64,000 bases of DNA from Macrostomum lignano. Its lineage: Eukaryota. The position numbers were made by a program, and so were the translations under genes. The notes beneath the pieces were generated by a model. That model was not told where the DNA came from. It saw only the letters and a program-made list of their open reading frames with translations, and ran no database searches. Of this stretch, positions 39,801 through 52,983 are shown one piece after another (the first letter of the stretch is position 1; the number at the start of each line of letters is the position of its first letter). The DNA is taken from assembly GCA_002269645.1 (NCBI GenBank), contig NIVC01000019.1, positions 806,001 through 870,000 on the forward strand. The letters run 5' to 3'.

Positions 39801-42800
39801 TTGTCCGCAGTTGAATCTCGTCGAGTCAAGCTGACCTGCGAGCCAGGAGTTGATGGATCGGATTACATCAACGCGTCTCACGTTCACGTACGTATCATTG
39901 ATGAAGCCTATATGTAGCGATATTGATTGTAACAAGGCGCCAAGGGGGTTTCAGCCTAGTGGTTAGAGCGTCGGACTCGCGACTGATAGGTCGGGGGTTC
40001 GATTCTCGACCCACTCGGACACTATTTGTGTCCTTGAGCAAGACACTTAACTCTGCATTGCTTCAGTTCACCCAGCGGTAAAATGGGTGCAGCATTAGCT
40101 GGGGTGATTGAGGGTGTGTGTGGCGACCCCCCAGTCCTTGGGCTGAACAGCCGTGCGCAGCCTTCAGATGCGCCGCGCAAATAGCTGCGGCTGAGCTGTC
40201 GGTTGCACATCTGCCCGCTAGTTATTATTAGGCGTTAACATGTAGAGTTTTACCCGATTCACCTATATTGCGCTGACATCTCACTGTTTCCAGGGCTACC
40301 AATCAGTGAACGAGTTCATAGTCACCCAACTGCCAATGAGGGACACTCTGTTCGACTTCTACAGAATGATTTGGGAGCAGAACTGTGTGTGCATTGTGTC
40401 CGTACATCCCAGCCTGTACTCAGATGGGGCCGGCGACACGGCTAACAATGAGCAGGAAGGAATCGACCTGCCAGAGATGTGGCCAACCAACGAGTCTGAG
40501 GCGCTGACTGCAGGCTATCTGCAGGTCTGGTTCAGGTTAGTCCGGGAGCTACGCTGGGGCCACAAATGATTCCTTCTGAGTTTCCATTGATATGCCAACT
40601 GCCAAGCCGTAGGTGCGCCCGTTGAAAACGTTACCATGATAAGAATCGCATTGCTAACAACTCACTAGTGACTCTAGCGACTCGCTGGGGGGGGGGGGAG
40701 TCTCAACACGACGGAGAGGCGACTTTGCTGTAACCACAGATACTAGAATAACTAGATGGCCACTCAGCACATTTGCGTGTAAGCTACTTTTAGTTCAGTA
40801 GAAAGTTAAACTGAAGCATTTTAATGTATTTTAAAGTCGAGGCTCATTTTATTGGCCCAGCTTAAACCCTCCAACCGCGCCTTTCCACACTAGCCCCCGC
40901 CCCGCCCCAATTTTTATTGCCTTTCTCAGAATTCCACCCTAAAGCTGGAATGTACATATCAATGGACTGGCCAATGTACATTATTGCTGAACCAATTAGC
41001 AAGCTGTTTACGCCTGCAAGCTTGCTGGGCTTCTAAACTTATTAAAGTCATTTCAGCCGCCTTTACTTTTATAAAATAGCTTATGTATTCTTTGCTACTG
41101 AACTGAAAGTAGAAAGCTGTTTTACTAAGTATATGCCTGAGTGGCCCATCCAGTTATTTTAGAATCTGTGGGTGTAACGAGCGCATCACGTGAAAGAGTG
41201 AAAGAGTAAAGGAATCGTAAAAAAATCGCGAAAAAGTCATATATGAGTCACTGTGTCTACTAACCCAAATAGACTAAACAGAGTTGTTATAAATTCGAAA
41301 TGCGATTCCAATTCATCAAGTGACGCAGATGCGCTTCAGACGCAACTCAGCGATTCTGCAGCGACTCCGGCACGTCTCAGATCTGACTGTACGGCCCCAG
41401 AGTCGTTTCAGAGTTGCAGACAATCAAAACGCCTCAAACTGACTCCAAGGCGAATCTTGACGACTTTTTAGCGACTCCGGGGTGACATGGGAGACTCTGG
41501 GACGCTTCTTGGCCTGGGTACCGTTTTCAAAGGGGGTGTCAATAATTATTTCAAATCCAATTACCTTAAACCCGCATGCAACACCTGTCCAGATCTCGCC
41601 AGGACTACCCGTTCGGCGAGTGCCGCGAGTTCCTGCTGGCTAGCAACAAGGACGATTACAGCGTGCTCACCTCTGTCTGGACACTGAAACGATGGCCTGA
41701 TACGTTTGGCGAATCGATTAGCCTAATTGAGCTGGTCAAGGCCGTATCTAATACGCGAGGTCTTATCACTTTGTCACCAATTATAGTTATGGATATGTAA
41801 GTTACGGTCTCTTCATTTTATTGACTCTTGTAAATTTCCCGGTTAAGTAATTTTGTCTCCTACCTGAACTTCTCTTCTCAGGTATGGTGGCAGCTATGCC
41901 GGTATCATTTGCTCGCTGTACGTGCTCTACAGGCAGCTTATTATGGAGGGCACAGCGGATGTGTACTCTCTGTTTAAACTGTATCACCTGCAGCGGCCGG
42001 GAATGTTTAATAGCAAGGTAAGAATTTCGTTCGTGTTGGAGAGTTATGCTAATGCTAATGGATTTATACTCGTACTGCATGCGGCCCTGCCAAGCTTCTC
42101 TATCCGCCCCTCGGGTCCTTTGCTACTTCACAATAGCAATCCGGCCCGCTCAGTGTTTGTGTCTCTTCTCAGCTCTCTTCTCTCCTTTCTTATATCCCTT
42201 CTTTCTCCTCTCCTCTCCCTTCTCTCCTCTCCTCTCTCCTCTCCTCTCCATTCTCTCCTCTCTCCTCTCCTCTCCCTTCTCTCCTCTCTGCTCTCTTTTC
42301 TCTCCTCTCTCATCTCTCCTCTCCCTTCTATCCTCTCTCCTCTCTGCTCTCTTTTCTCTCCTCTCTCCTTTCTTCTCTCCTTTCTCTCCTCTCTGCTCTC
42401 TTTTCTCTCCTCTCTCCTTTCTTCTCTCCTTTCTCTCCTCTCTGCTCTCTTTTCTCTCCTCTCTCCTTTCTTCTCTCCTTTCTCTCCTCTCTGCTCTCTT
42501 TTCTCTCCTCTCTCCTCTCTCCTCTCCCTTCTATCCTCTCTCCTCTCTGCTCTCTTTTCTCTCCTCTCTCCTTTCTTCTCTCCTTTCTGTCCTCCCTTCT
42601 CTCCTCTCCCTTCTACGAGTATCCTCTCCCTTCTACGAGTATCCTCTCCCTTCTACGAGTATCCTCTCCCTTCTCTCCTCTTCTCCCTTCTTCAAATCTG
42701 TTCAGCAATTTTTTTCGAATATCGATCACGCACACACCTATAGACAAACCATTTCTAGTATAGTATATTTTGACTTGACTTTACAGGCCGACATGGAGTT

Positions 42801-43194
42801 CATCTATGCTGTGATTTCTTTTCACGCCAAGTACTTCTCGCCTAGCAACAGTCTGTCATTGCGTCGCGGTAACGGCGGCGCTGGGGGCGGGCATCACAAT
42901 CACCATGGCAACGGGTCCCTAACAACGCAACAGTCGCACGACTCGCACGAGCCGACGCCTCGCGCCGCCTCTCCGCCCGAGTCTTTTCCGCTGCGCCAAA
43001 TTCCGGCGCCGTCGGCCCCGCCGGCGCATTCCGCCGTCGCTTTAACCGCAGAGACAGACGACGACAAAGCGCCGGTGGTTCGATTCGCCAACGGTCGGAG
43101 GCGCCTGTCTGCAAGTCGCAGTGTGCACGGCAGTTTCTGCGTTGGTGCTGTCAGCTACGGGCCTGCGGAAACTTACTCCACTCATACCGGCTAA
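26139..43194 (+). CDS. Ptp99A: Receptor-type protein tyrosine phosphatase, PTP99A/PTPRG (R5)-like; Ig + 4 FN3 + TM + active D1 + inactive D2
   Basis: Phase-consistent GT-AG exons: ~26139-26637 (Ig, GGWYQC; true 5' end uncertain), 27984-28483, 29226-29340 (LEPYSHY, absent from the ORF track), 30613-31187, 31773-32223 (TM), 34028-34291 (KNRYTDICP), 35939-36015 (YDHSRV, DYINANYVD), 36096-36230 (YIACQGP, DFWLMVWE), 36941-37227 (KCDQYWP, WPDYGVP, VVHC), 38168-38453 (SAGVGRTG, QTEEQY), 39087-39177, 39811-39887, 40294-40535, 41593-41796, 41882-42017 (VMDMYGG, KLYHLQRPG), 42787-43194 (TAA). PLPVLNFV, NVRGFLEHIR and KLYH..RPG are typical of the R5 subtype. The symbol is a family-level assignment. Confidence 0.93.
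26725..27865. repeat. Minisatellite, 39-bp unit, in RPTP intron
   Basis: Unit ATCCCAATATCCCGAAATCCTGGGATTCCCATTCCAATA. Confidence 0.95.
28525..29085. repeat. Minisatellite, 36-bp unit, in RPTP intron
   Basis: Unit GTCCGGAATTACTTCCGGTCTTTGTGTCCGCCTACT. Confidence 0.95.
29460..30535. repeat. Minisatellite, 22-23-bp unit, in RPTP intron
   Basis: Unit AAAGAGAATCGCCCTCACTTCC and variants. Confidence 0.95.
31199..31727. repeat. Minisatellite, 15-bp unit, in RPTP intron 31188-31772
   Basis: Unit TTTCATAATCATAGA; reads as (IIIDF)n in the 30645-32246 ORF. Confidence 0.96.
32276..32735. repeat. Minisatellite, 34-36-bp unit
   Basis: Unit CACTTCCGGTCATTCCATTGATCATCTTTGACCT. Confidence 0.95.
32759..33938 (-). 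mobile_element. Possible solo LTR in RPTP intron
   Basis: The segment starts TGTA and ends TACA; minus-strand TATAAATA at 33769-33762; three short AAATAG(T/C)AAC(A/G)TGA(C/T/A)TCAT repeats upstream of it; 5-bp flanks GTCGT/ATTGT match only 3 of 5. Confidence 0.35.
34308..35885. repeat. Minisatellite, 30-bp unit
   Basis: Unit GTGTCTATGGAGTGAAGTGCTGTTACATTT, ~52 copies. Confidence 0.98.
36262..36862. repeat. (GATA)n microsatellite with internal (TA)n
   Basis: Direct inspection. Confidence 0.98.
37345..38075. repeat. Minisatellite, 21-bp unit, two subtypes
   Basis: GAAGTAGCTGGATTCTAACCT and GAAAGGAGCTGGATTTTAGCT blocks. Confidence 0.95.
38508..38957. mobile_element. MITE family A, copy 1
   Basis: TIRs CCCGTTAAAAACGGTAC / GTACCGTTTTCATCGGG; AAT on both flanks; many internal GAGTCG/CGACTC motifs; homologous to 40618-41534. 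Confidence 0.75.
39191..39245 (+). mobile_element. tRNA-derived SINE-like head (degenerate)
   Basis: A-box-like TAGCCCAGTGG and B-box-like GGCTCGATTCC at short spacing; no cloverleaf. Confidence 0.4.
39332..39695. mobile_element. MITE-like element
   Basis: Inverted ends CACAGTGAAGTGTACATC / GATGTACACTTCTGTG; internal repeat AAAATGGCATAACGATTTT occurs twice. Confidence 0.55.
39944..40230 (+). mobile_element. tRNA-derived SINE with MIR-type CORE domain
   Basis: Head with A box CAGCCTAGTGG and B box GGTTCGATTC; 40025-40087 TTGTGTCCTTGAGCAAGACACTTAACTCTGCATTGCTTCAGTTCACCCAGCGGTAAAATGGG aligns colinearly with the MIR core as I recall it (TGTGTGACCTTGGGCAAGTCACTTAACCTCTCTGAGCCTCAGTTTCCTCATCTGTAAAATGGG); TTATTATTA tail. 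Confidence 0.8.
40618..41534. mobile_element. MITE family A, copy 2 (interrupted by a nested hAT-like MITE)
   Basis: TIRs CCCGTTGAAAACGTTACC / GGTACCGTTTTCAAAGGG; shares ACAACTCACTAGTGACTCTAGCGACTC and ACGGAGAGGCGACT with copy 1. Confidence 0.72.
40735..41170. mobile_element. hAT-like MITE family B, nested
   Basis: TIRs CACAGATACTAGAATAACTAGATGGCCACTCAG / CTGAGTGGCCCATCCAGTTATTTTAGAATCTGTG; 8-bp TSD GCTGTAAC/GGTGTAAC; second copy at 43224-43645. Confidence 0.8.
42160..42690. repeat. CT-rich low-complexity/minisatellite in last RPTP intron
   Basis: TCTCCTCTCTGCTCTCTTT-type units; produces the L/S/F/P ORFs at 41922 and 42046. Confidence 0.93.
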
Positions 43195-43223
43195 GGAGCT
43201 ACTGAGAGTCGTTGGCACAGACT

Positions 43224-43645
43224 CACAGATTACTCAGCACATTTGCGTGTAAGCTACTCTCAGTTCAGTAGTAGGTTAAACAGAAGCATTTTAGTGTATT
43301 TTACAAGCCAAGGTTCACTTATTGGCTCTTACTCCCCCCCCCGCCTTAAACCCTCCAACCGCGCCTTTCCACACTACCCCCCGCCCCGCCCCAATTTTTA
43401 TTGCCTTTCTCGGAATTCCAGCCTAAAGCTGCCATGTACATTTCAGTGGACTGGCTAATGTACATTACTGCTGAACCAATTAGCAAGTTGTTTACGCCTG
43501 CAAGCATTGGGCTTCTAAACTTATCAAAGTAATTTCAGCTGCCTTTACTTTTATAAAATTGCTTATGTATTCTTTGCTACTGAACTGAAAGTAGAAAGCT
43601 GTTTTACTAAGTATATGCCTGAGTGGCCCATCCAGTTGTTTTAGA
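43224..43645. mobile_element. hAT-like MITE family B, copy 2 (degenerate ends), just 3' of the RPTP stop
   Basis: Colinear with 40735-41170 (ACTCAGCACATTTGCGTGTAAGCTACT...GTATATGCCTGAGTGGCCCATCCAGTT). Confidence 0.8.
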
Positions 43646-44972
43646 TAGTTTCTGTTTTTAATTGATCTCATCAGAAATTCTGGCTTTTTTATCAACCATC
43701 GACCAGCTCTGTTTTTGTGACGTTTATCTCTGCGAAATTTAGCACAAATCTGTGATTGGATGCTGACAAAACAATGAAAATGATTGCTTGGTAATTTATA
43801 AGTCAGCTAAATTGAATGCCATCCCACCGCTATCACCAATGTATATTTTGACCAACGAGTTACTTTACAATGCATATAGTTTTACTGTATGTCCACGCAG
43901 TCTGATCTACTGAGCGTATTACTTTTTTAATGTGACTGAAGTGCAATTATCATAATTGCTGTGTACAGCTTTATTTCATATTGAATAGCTGACAAATTTC
44001 CATTTAAAGTTTTCAGTGTACTTTTGTATATATGTACCCTGATAGAGTGCATATTTACTGAAAGTTTACGCGATTTATTTTTTGTGCTGGACCAGCAATA
44101 ACTGCTTATTGTTCAATTGGTTTTTCTTTGTATTTCACTTCAATACTGACACCTGCTCGCTTAGTCCTCACCATTTTTATTAGTTAGCAATCTATGCTCA
44201 GCTTCAAGCTGAGTTTCTTTTTTTGTGGCTTTCATTGCTTCTGTAATTATCGCATGTTGGCAGTCTTTTAAAGCTGGAAAATATTTGAAATCTCTCAACT
44301 GCTCCCTCTTCTCAATGGTATTGTGTTTGCTTTTCTGTTTTGCATTTTTTGTTTTACTATCGCTGGCTAAAAGTTTATTCAATACGGTAACTTGAACAAA
44401 AATTGATCTTTTTTTGATTTTCTGCTTGACTACATGTGGCTAATTGTCTGTTTGTCTGCCAATTAAATTGCTGACCAAACATTTGTTAGTAGTAGCTGAC
44501 GGCTATGAACTACTTTTTTATTAAAGTTTGAAATTTTGAGCGTCTTGCGTACGCGATTTGCATACCCTGGGATAACCTTGGTAGTTTGGTATCCAATGCA
44601 GCAGTTTTTAAAGCGCCAGGATTTCCCGTTTTTTGTATTCAAGTGGCAGACTTTAGCCATTGAGTGACTGAAAACTCATTTGTTCTGTTTGTTCTGTATA
44701 TTGTACCAAATTGTAGTACATTACATTTTTAGTTTCTGTTTTGGTAGTGCTCTAAAACAAATTGTGTTTTAAATTCAAATCGTTTTTGTTTAACTGTTTC
44801 TACGAGCGTGTGCGTCGTACCTTTTACTGTGTGCTTGTTTTATTGTAAACCCAGTGCTATATTGCGTAATAGATGTATGATGACTACTTCTTGTGTATAC
44901 TTTACACATTTCAATTACATATGCGTTTTTGGTAATAAACATGCTTTTATTATGTGTTTCAATTGTACAAGC

Positions 44973-45301
44973 TACCGGATATCACACAGAATGCTCATTC
45001 GCTGCTCTCCGCGTGAAAATCGCAGTGCAAAGAAGATACGCATTGAGCCTACTCTTAAATTTTAGTCAAAATTCTAGGACCTGTGCCATAGACTTTTTTC
45101 TTAAGTACTCACACTTTTACTCACAGCAGTGTCAATCTAAAAGTAGCTATTTGCTCAATGCTCGTTCGTTCATCGGTTATAGTTTGTCTTTATGGTTTGT
45201 ACTGCTTGCTTTCTTCACCCCAAGAGTAGTGTCCTGGCGTTTTAATTCGTCCAGATACTCGTAGTTTTTACGCGAATGAGCATTCTGTGTGATATTCTGT
45301 G
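44973..45301. mobile_element. hAT-like MITE family C
   Basis: TIRs (TACCGG)ATATCACACAGAATGCTCATTCGC / GCGAATGAGCATTCTGTGTGATATTCTGTG; perfect 8-bp TSD GTACAAGC at 44965-44972 and 45302-45309. Confidence 0.85.
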
Positions 45302-47933
45302 GTACAAGCCCTGTGCTAATCTTAACCAAAAATCATTAGCGTATTAGCATATTTGCGTTCATTTTTCTTTATTGATGCAAATAACCATCAAGTAAGTCGT
45401 CTTTGATAGCAATTATAGCCTTAATTTCGAAAAACATTTTTAACTGATGACACACTGGGCAATTCTGTTCAGTCACTCCATCATCTAGTGTGCAATCACT
45501 TGAACTGGATTTCAAACTTTGATCATGTCCCCGTTGGCATTAATACTACATGTAATACACTTCACCGTATTCCTAGGCGTGTTCCTTAGCTGTTGAAGGT
45601 CCAGCGCAGTCAGGAGTCACGTGATTCTCGCTAGCGGCCTTGCCAGATCCATTCTGCAGAGCGTCCGATGCCATGATCCTGGCCACCTTCGCAGATTGGC
45701 CTGGCCAATCCCCACGTCACGCAGTATTTTAGCACAAAGCACACCTCTTCCTGATAGCTCGTAGACTGATTGGTCTACTTTCCACTTGTTGGTTTGGGCA
45801 GACCCAATCGATAGTGCACACTAATAATCTCAGCAACGATGATGTCCTAATGTATGCATCTTTCCAAGAGAGTTCTCGCGCTGTTTATGTGCTTTTTAGC
45901 TTTGCCCCTTCAACAAAAGGATGTCTACGGCGAACAGCAGAAATCATTGTTTATGTAAGATCACGGCAGCTCAATGCATATTGCACATTGTAACACGATT
46001 TAAATGTTTAATGCGTGCATTAAGAGCTAAAAGCGTGCTTAAACAGCTCGTGATCACGTATGTATTGGCTAGAGTTATTTATAATATAATACAAGAAATA
46101 TATATCGTGATTACAGTGCTATTTAATATTTAGTTTTTCTGGCTTTAATTTCCATGGTCAGACGTGCGCTTAAATAAAACATACTATTGAAACTCGATCA
46201 TTCTCAACAATGGAAATTTCGCTTCGCTCGCCTTGAGACCATCCAATTCAGCTTTGGACTTTTAACCACAGAATGCACATTTAAACGGCTGTGATCATTT
46301 AATTAAACAGCAGTCCTACAACATTTGTTTTTTGCGCATGAAAATTAGATGCTTTGTGAGCGCAAGTACAGCGATTTAATTAGAATCGTCTTTAAATGAT
46401 ACTTTAAATATTTAGACGTTACAAATGGAACGGCTGTATTAAATTATGTGATATGTAAAATATATCACCTATTATGTAAGCTTAAGCAAGCATATTATAT
46501 AAACGTTATTGCCGATGCTTTTAGTAATTAAAAGTTTTGTATAATTTGTTTTATTTTGCTAAAAGCAGGCGCGCGACAGAAATAGTATGTAAGCAAAAAT
46601 TTCAACTTCGTTTTATTTTCACTCATTTTAAAAATGAGAACTGACATTACTTTACAATTTTTATAGTTTCATTTTTACACTTCGTTTCTTTGTGTCTATA
46701 ATGTTTGTAATTATTGTCTGGGTTAAAACTAGGTACCATGGTATGTGATGTTGACAAAGCAATTCTGTATTCAATCAGTCGATAGTCGAATAGAATTCCT
46801 AAATGTTTTTTTGCTTTGTGCGTTGTACCAGGGTAAAAAAAATCGTACTCAATTATTGCAACCCATTTTGGCCTTGTCCTTTGCCTTTAACTTTAGCGTA
46901 AGAATTATTAATTTTTAGCATTGCCCTACCTGCCATAAAAAACAACGAAATATGGTCAATATTCCGGTGACATGATGACAGAACAATTTAAAGATGTGAA
47001 CAATAAACCCTGACCTGAGTCTAAATCTTATGGCTAATGCCAATGGCTTTTATAATATTATTCTTCCAAATAAAATATATTGGTAATTTTTATTCTGCAA
47101 AAATGATATGACGATTGAAGAATTAGTTTCAATTTTTAGGTTCAAGCTATTTGACAGTGCTAGCTTTGATTGTACTAAATTTCTCAGTAGGAAATTAACA
47201 TAGCTATAAAATATAAATGAAATTTATTGAGCTAAGATAATAAATATATTTGCAAATTTATTTATGCAATTTATGAAAATCATTATGACAGTTATATATT
47301 TTATTATCAGATTATTATATTTCTTTTTTATTCTTACTATGAATAAATATTAATTTTGACTTTAGTAGGTTTCAAAATTTTGCCTGTATTGAATGAAATT
47401 TAAAGTTTCAAGCTGCATTTAGTGCTTATAATAATTTCGAATAAAGGCATCATTAATTTCATACTTCAATGTATGCCGATTTTTGTTTAAATATAGCTTA
47501 CAGTTGTTGGCTTCAATGGCTAACATTGTTTAAACTATATTTTAATTAAAAATTAACATTGACTAATACTTAGCCCTTTAAAAAGTATAAATAGACAGCA
47601 TATAACTATGTTAGAAATAAATACCATTTCAATGTTACTTTCCTGTGTTGGCTTTTAAGAGTAAAAACTTTATGCAGACTTCTTTGAAAGTAAGTTTTTT
47701 TAGTAATTAAGTAGAGGACTAGGCTATAACCTAGGCTATATCATTGCTCTTATATACCTAATGTATTTCAAATTATGAAATACTTCAAATACTTTAAATC
47801 CAATATTTATTTAAATTTAACTTATAAGCCACCATTGTTCAACTCTAACTTCGTTTTTAATGCTTGCTTTCTCTGCATTTAATTGCAGACAAACAAAATT
47901 TAACTATAATTAATAAAAGCAATCACAGAAGCA

Positions 47934-49996
<2,063 letters not shown>

Positions 49997-50597
49997 TACG
50001 CTACTAAAAGTAGTGCAGGCAATACATAGTTTTACAAAAGTTTAATGTTTTCTCTAACATCAATTACATGGCTTGCATAACTATGTTAACAGAATGTCTG
50101 GTTGTCTGATTTATAACATTCTTTAACCGGAAATTCAAACTTAAATCCAAATTTCATTCGAGTGCAAAAAAATATTCTCATTCCGATTAAAAATAATCAA
50201 TAAATCCCCGTTGCTTCTTTCAGATGCACCTGCAACTGCGTTCAGCCAATGATGTCAGCACGTCATTCGTCAGTAACCAACAGAGATTTTTCATTTAAGC
50301 GCTTTTGTGTGCGAGTTCACAAATGAATATATGAATTCATTATATATCTCAGTGTGTTTTCTGCTGTCTTCCGTACTATACTACTTATTGCGTAAGTAGT
50401 TAAGTTTGCTGTTCTCATGATTTTTTTTAGTTTATTAGCCCAATTTTTATCCGGCTGCTAATCTGTGATTGGTCTTTTATTGTATTTTTGTGTTTTGTTT
50501 TTGTTTTTGTATTCAGGCACCTCTGTCTGTTCAGCTTGGCGCCATAGGCCATATATCTCCTGTTCTGTTCCTGTTCTGGCCCCTGTTCTGTTCAGCT

Positions 50598-51047
50598 CAA
50601 GGACCGCTGTAGTATAACAGGACGTACAACTCAAAGATCGTGTAACTTTTTAGGAGGCCAAGAGTAGGAGGCCAAAAGGCCAAGAGATCATTTTTCATCA
50701 CAAAATATGCTACTCTGTTGTATTTTATATCGCTGTGTGTGTAGTAAAAGTTTCATTTTCATATTGTTTTCTTTTTATCTCATACACCAAAACCGCAAGA
50801 GTTACAAATTCTCACAAGTGAAGTTTTGTTTTATTTCAAAACAGTGGTAATCTTCAATGCTCCAGAGATCGAATGCGATAATTGATTTTGTGATGAAAAA
50901 TGATTTTTCCTATCTCCGCAAGGCACTTTTTTCCAGGGAATCAGCCTCCAAAAATTACACGATCTTTGAGTTTTACGTCTATATTTCAATAATATTTAAT
51001 TTTAATAGATTTTTACGTCCGTAGTGGTTATACTACAGCGGTCCTTG
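50598..51047. mobile_element. MITE with long imperfect inverted arms
   Basis: Perfect 21-bp TIR CAAGGACCGCTGTAGTATAAC / GTTATACTACAGCGGTCCTTG; inner inverted blocks AACTCAAAGATCGTGTAA / TTACACGATCTTTGAGTT and ATCATTTTTCATCACAAAAT / ATTTTGTGATGAAAAATGAT; TSD unclear. Confidence 0.8.
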
Positions 51048-51374
51048 GTTCCATCTGTTTTTAGCAGCATTCCATGCGTTTAAAAATGTTTGCTTGTCCA
51101 CTAGTTTTGTGTTATTTGATGTCACATTTTAACGACAGTATTTTATTTATATTTACACAAGTTTCTATTTTGAAATAACATTTCCTTCCTTCTTGTATCT
51201 GTACTTATTGAGTTGCACTAACTTTATTGTGCTAGTTACATTTATTCACCTAAAAATACAATCTAACATCAAACAATAATTTTTATGCCAGTCTTTTTGC
51301 AAGTTTGCTGTTTAATTTTCCGCTTTCTTTAAGGTTGTTGTCGATTTTTTTGTGCTGAGAGAAAAGTTATTCAT

Positions 51375-51505
51375 CACCATAGCCTACTCAGAACACCATA
51401 GCCTACTCAGAACACCATAGCCTACTCAGAACATCGCTGCCTACTCAGAGCACCACTGCCTACTCAGAGCACCACTGCCTACTCAGAGCACCACTGCCTA
51501 CTCAA
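51375..51505. repeat. Short 19-bp tandem repeat
   Basis: CACCATAGCCTACTCAGAA / CACCACTGCCTACTCAGAG, ~6 copies. Confidence 0.9.
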
Positions 51506-52983
51506 GCAGCACTTAAGTAGCAGTTTACATTGTACTTGAATCTGACATGTGACTAAGCGGAATATAGTTCATTTCGATGCTTCAAATTTTTAGTTTGAAT
51601 CTTCACTACAGCCGCTGTTGCAGCTGAGGCCTCTCACAATTAAAGCTGGCTGCATTTTGGCTACAGAAATTTGCTACTACAACAAGCAACTTTTAAAGTT
51701 CCTATTTGAAATGAAACATTTTAGCGAAAAAATTAAGTTGTAAATTCCGTCTGACGCTTGGTGCTGCAATTTTTTTAAGTTGCTTTTTTGCTTTCACAGG
51801 GAGGGATCGGATGTTTGCTTCCCTCTAAGAATCCGTTGTGTAATAAAAAACTTCTCTTCTCTAGTTCGATATACAGCGATAAAGTGCCCAAGTTCTAATC
51901 TAATACACACTACACTCAATATAAGTTTAGTGTATTGTATTGTATTAATAAAATTCACGCCACTTGTGGTCGGACCGGGCCGATTTAAGTGGCATTCCAA
52001 TGCGACGCGTGGCGATTGGCGAAGGCTCGGAGAATTTTACTAAGTACATTCATTGGTCGGGCGCTGCTAATGTACATAGGGGGCCGCGCCACCAACCCCC
52101 CATTTCATCCAGCGCACGACCCCCGCGAAGGAATGAGAAGAATTTTCTCTGCCCCGCCACCCCACCCGACCGCTCGCTCAACGCAGCTAACAACGCGCGC
52201 TCGCATTCTTTGCCCGAAAGAGTGAACTGCCAAAAAAGCTTTAATTGCGAAAACAACATTCCTGCGTGTATGAATGTATAATGTATGCAATTCCTATCTG
52301 GCTGCTTCAAGGGGGTCTTTAACCTTTCTAAACTATTTTCCTTTATATACTATGTAGTTTTATACAAACTCGCACTTTTGATTCTTCTAATTAACTTGCA
52401 TAGTGCGAATTCATAGCAGCGAAACCGCATGGGATACATGTTCATTTGACGCGCGTGTACAGGTGTACTACTACGTGTACTTTAAATATGCTCAAATTCA
52501 AGAGTGCCTACTAATAAAGAGTAAAGACCTACTTAATCTACAACGTGGGGAAAACGATAAAAACTGACAATACTTAGTCACGTTAGACGTGATTATTTTG
52601 GTCAAGAAAAGTTAGGACGTATAGCAGATTCTAGCACACATTCGCCATTGTGTATAATACCTATATATTTGTAGAAATTTATATATTAACACAGAAACAA
52701 GCACTTGTAGGCTTATTTTGCATTTTTGCGCAATAATAAAAAAGGCAACGAGATGGAAGCGGAGAACTTTGGAGAAGAGAGGGTTAACAAAACAAGCCAA
52801 TGCGACTGGTTTCAAGACAATTTTAACTGCCAAAAATACTGACTTGTTAAAATTGTCCTCCGTCATCGCCTAGAATAGGAAGAGAATGGATTTTCAAATA
52901 TGCCCGATACTAAAACTAGCACTGATTTGGTTCAACTGTCTCTGTGTACTTTAACTGGATTGTTTGACTCGTACTTACATGTA

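Noticed and set aside
39944-40020. tRNA gene
   Set aside because: A and B boxes are present but the acceptor and anticodon stems do not pair, and it continues into a CORE domain, so it is a SINE head.
45560-45830. Possible decayed LINE ORF1 fragment on the minus strand (YRLGLPKP..RPISLR)
   Set aside because: Needs several frameshifts and stops; similarity is too weak to support without an HMM search.
51955-52310. GC-rich islands with CCAAT-like boxes as promoters (also 63680-63900)
   Set aside because: No associated ORF or TE boundary identifiable in the window; left unannotated.
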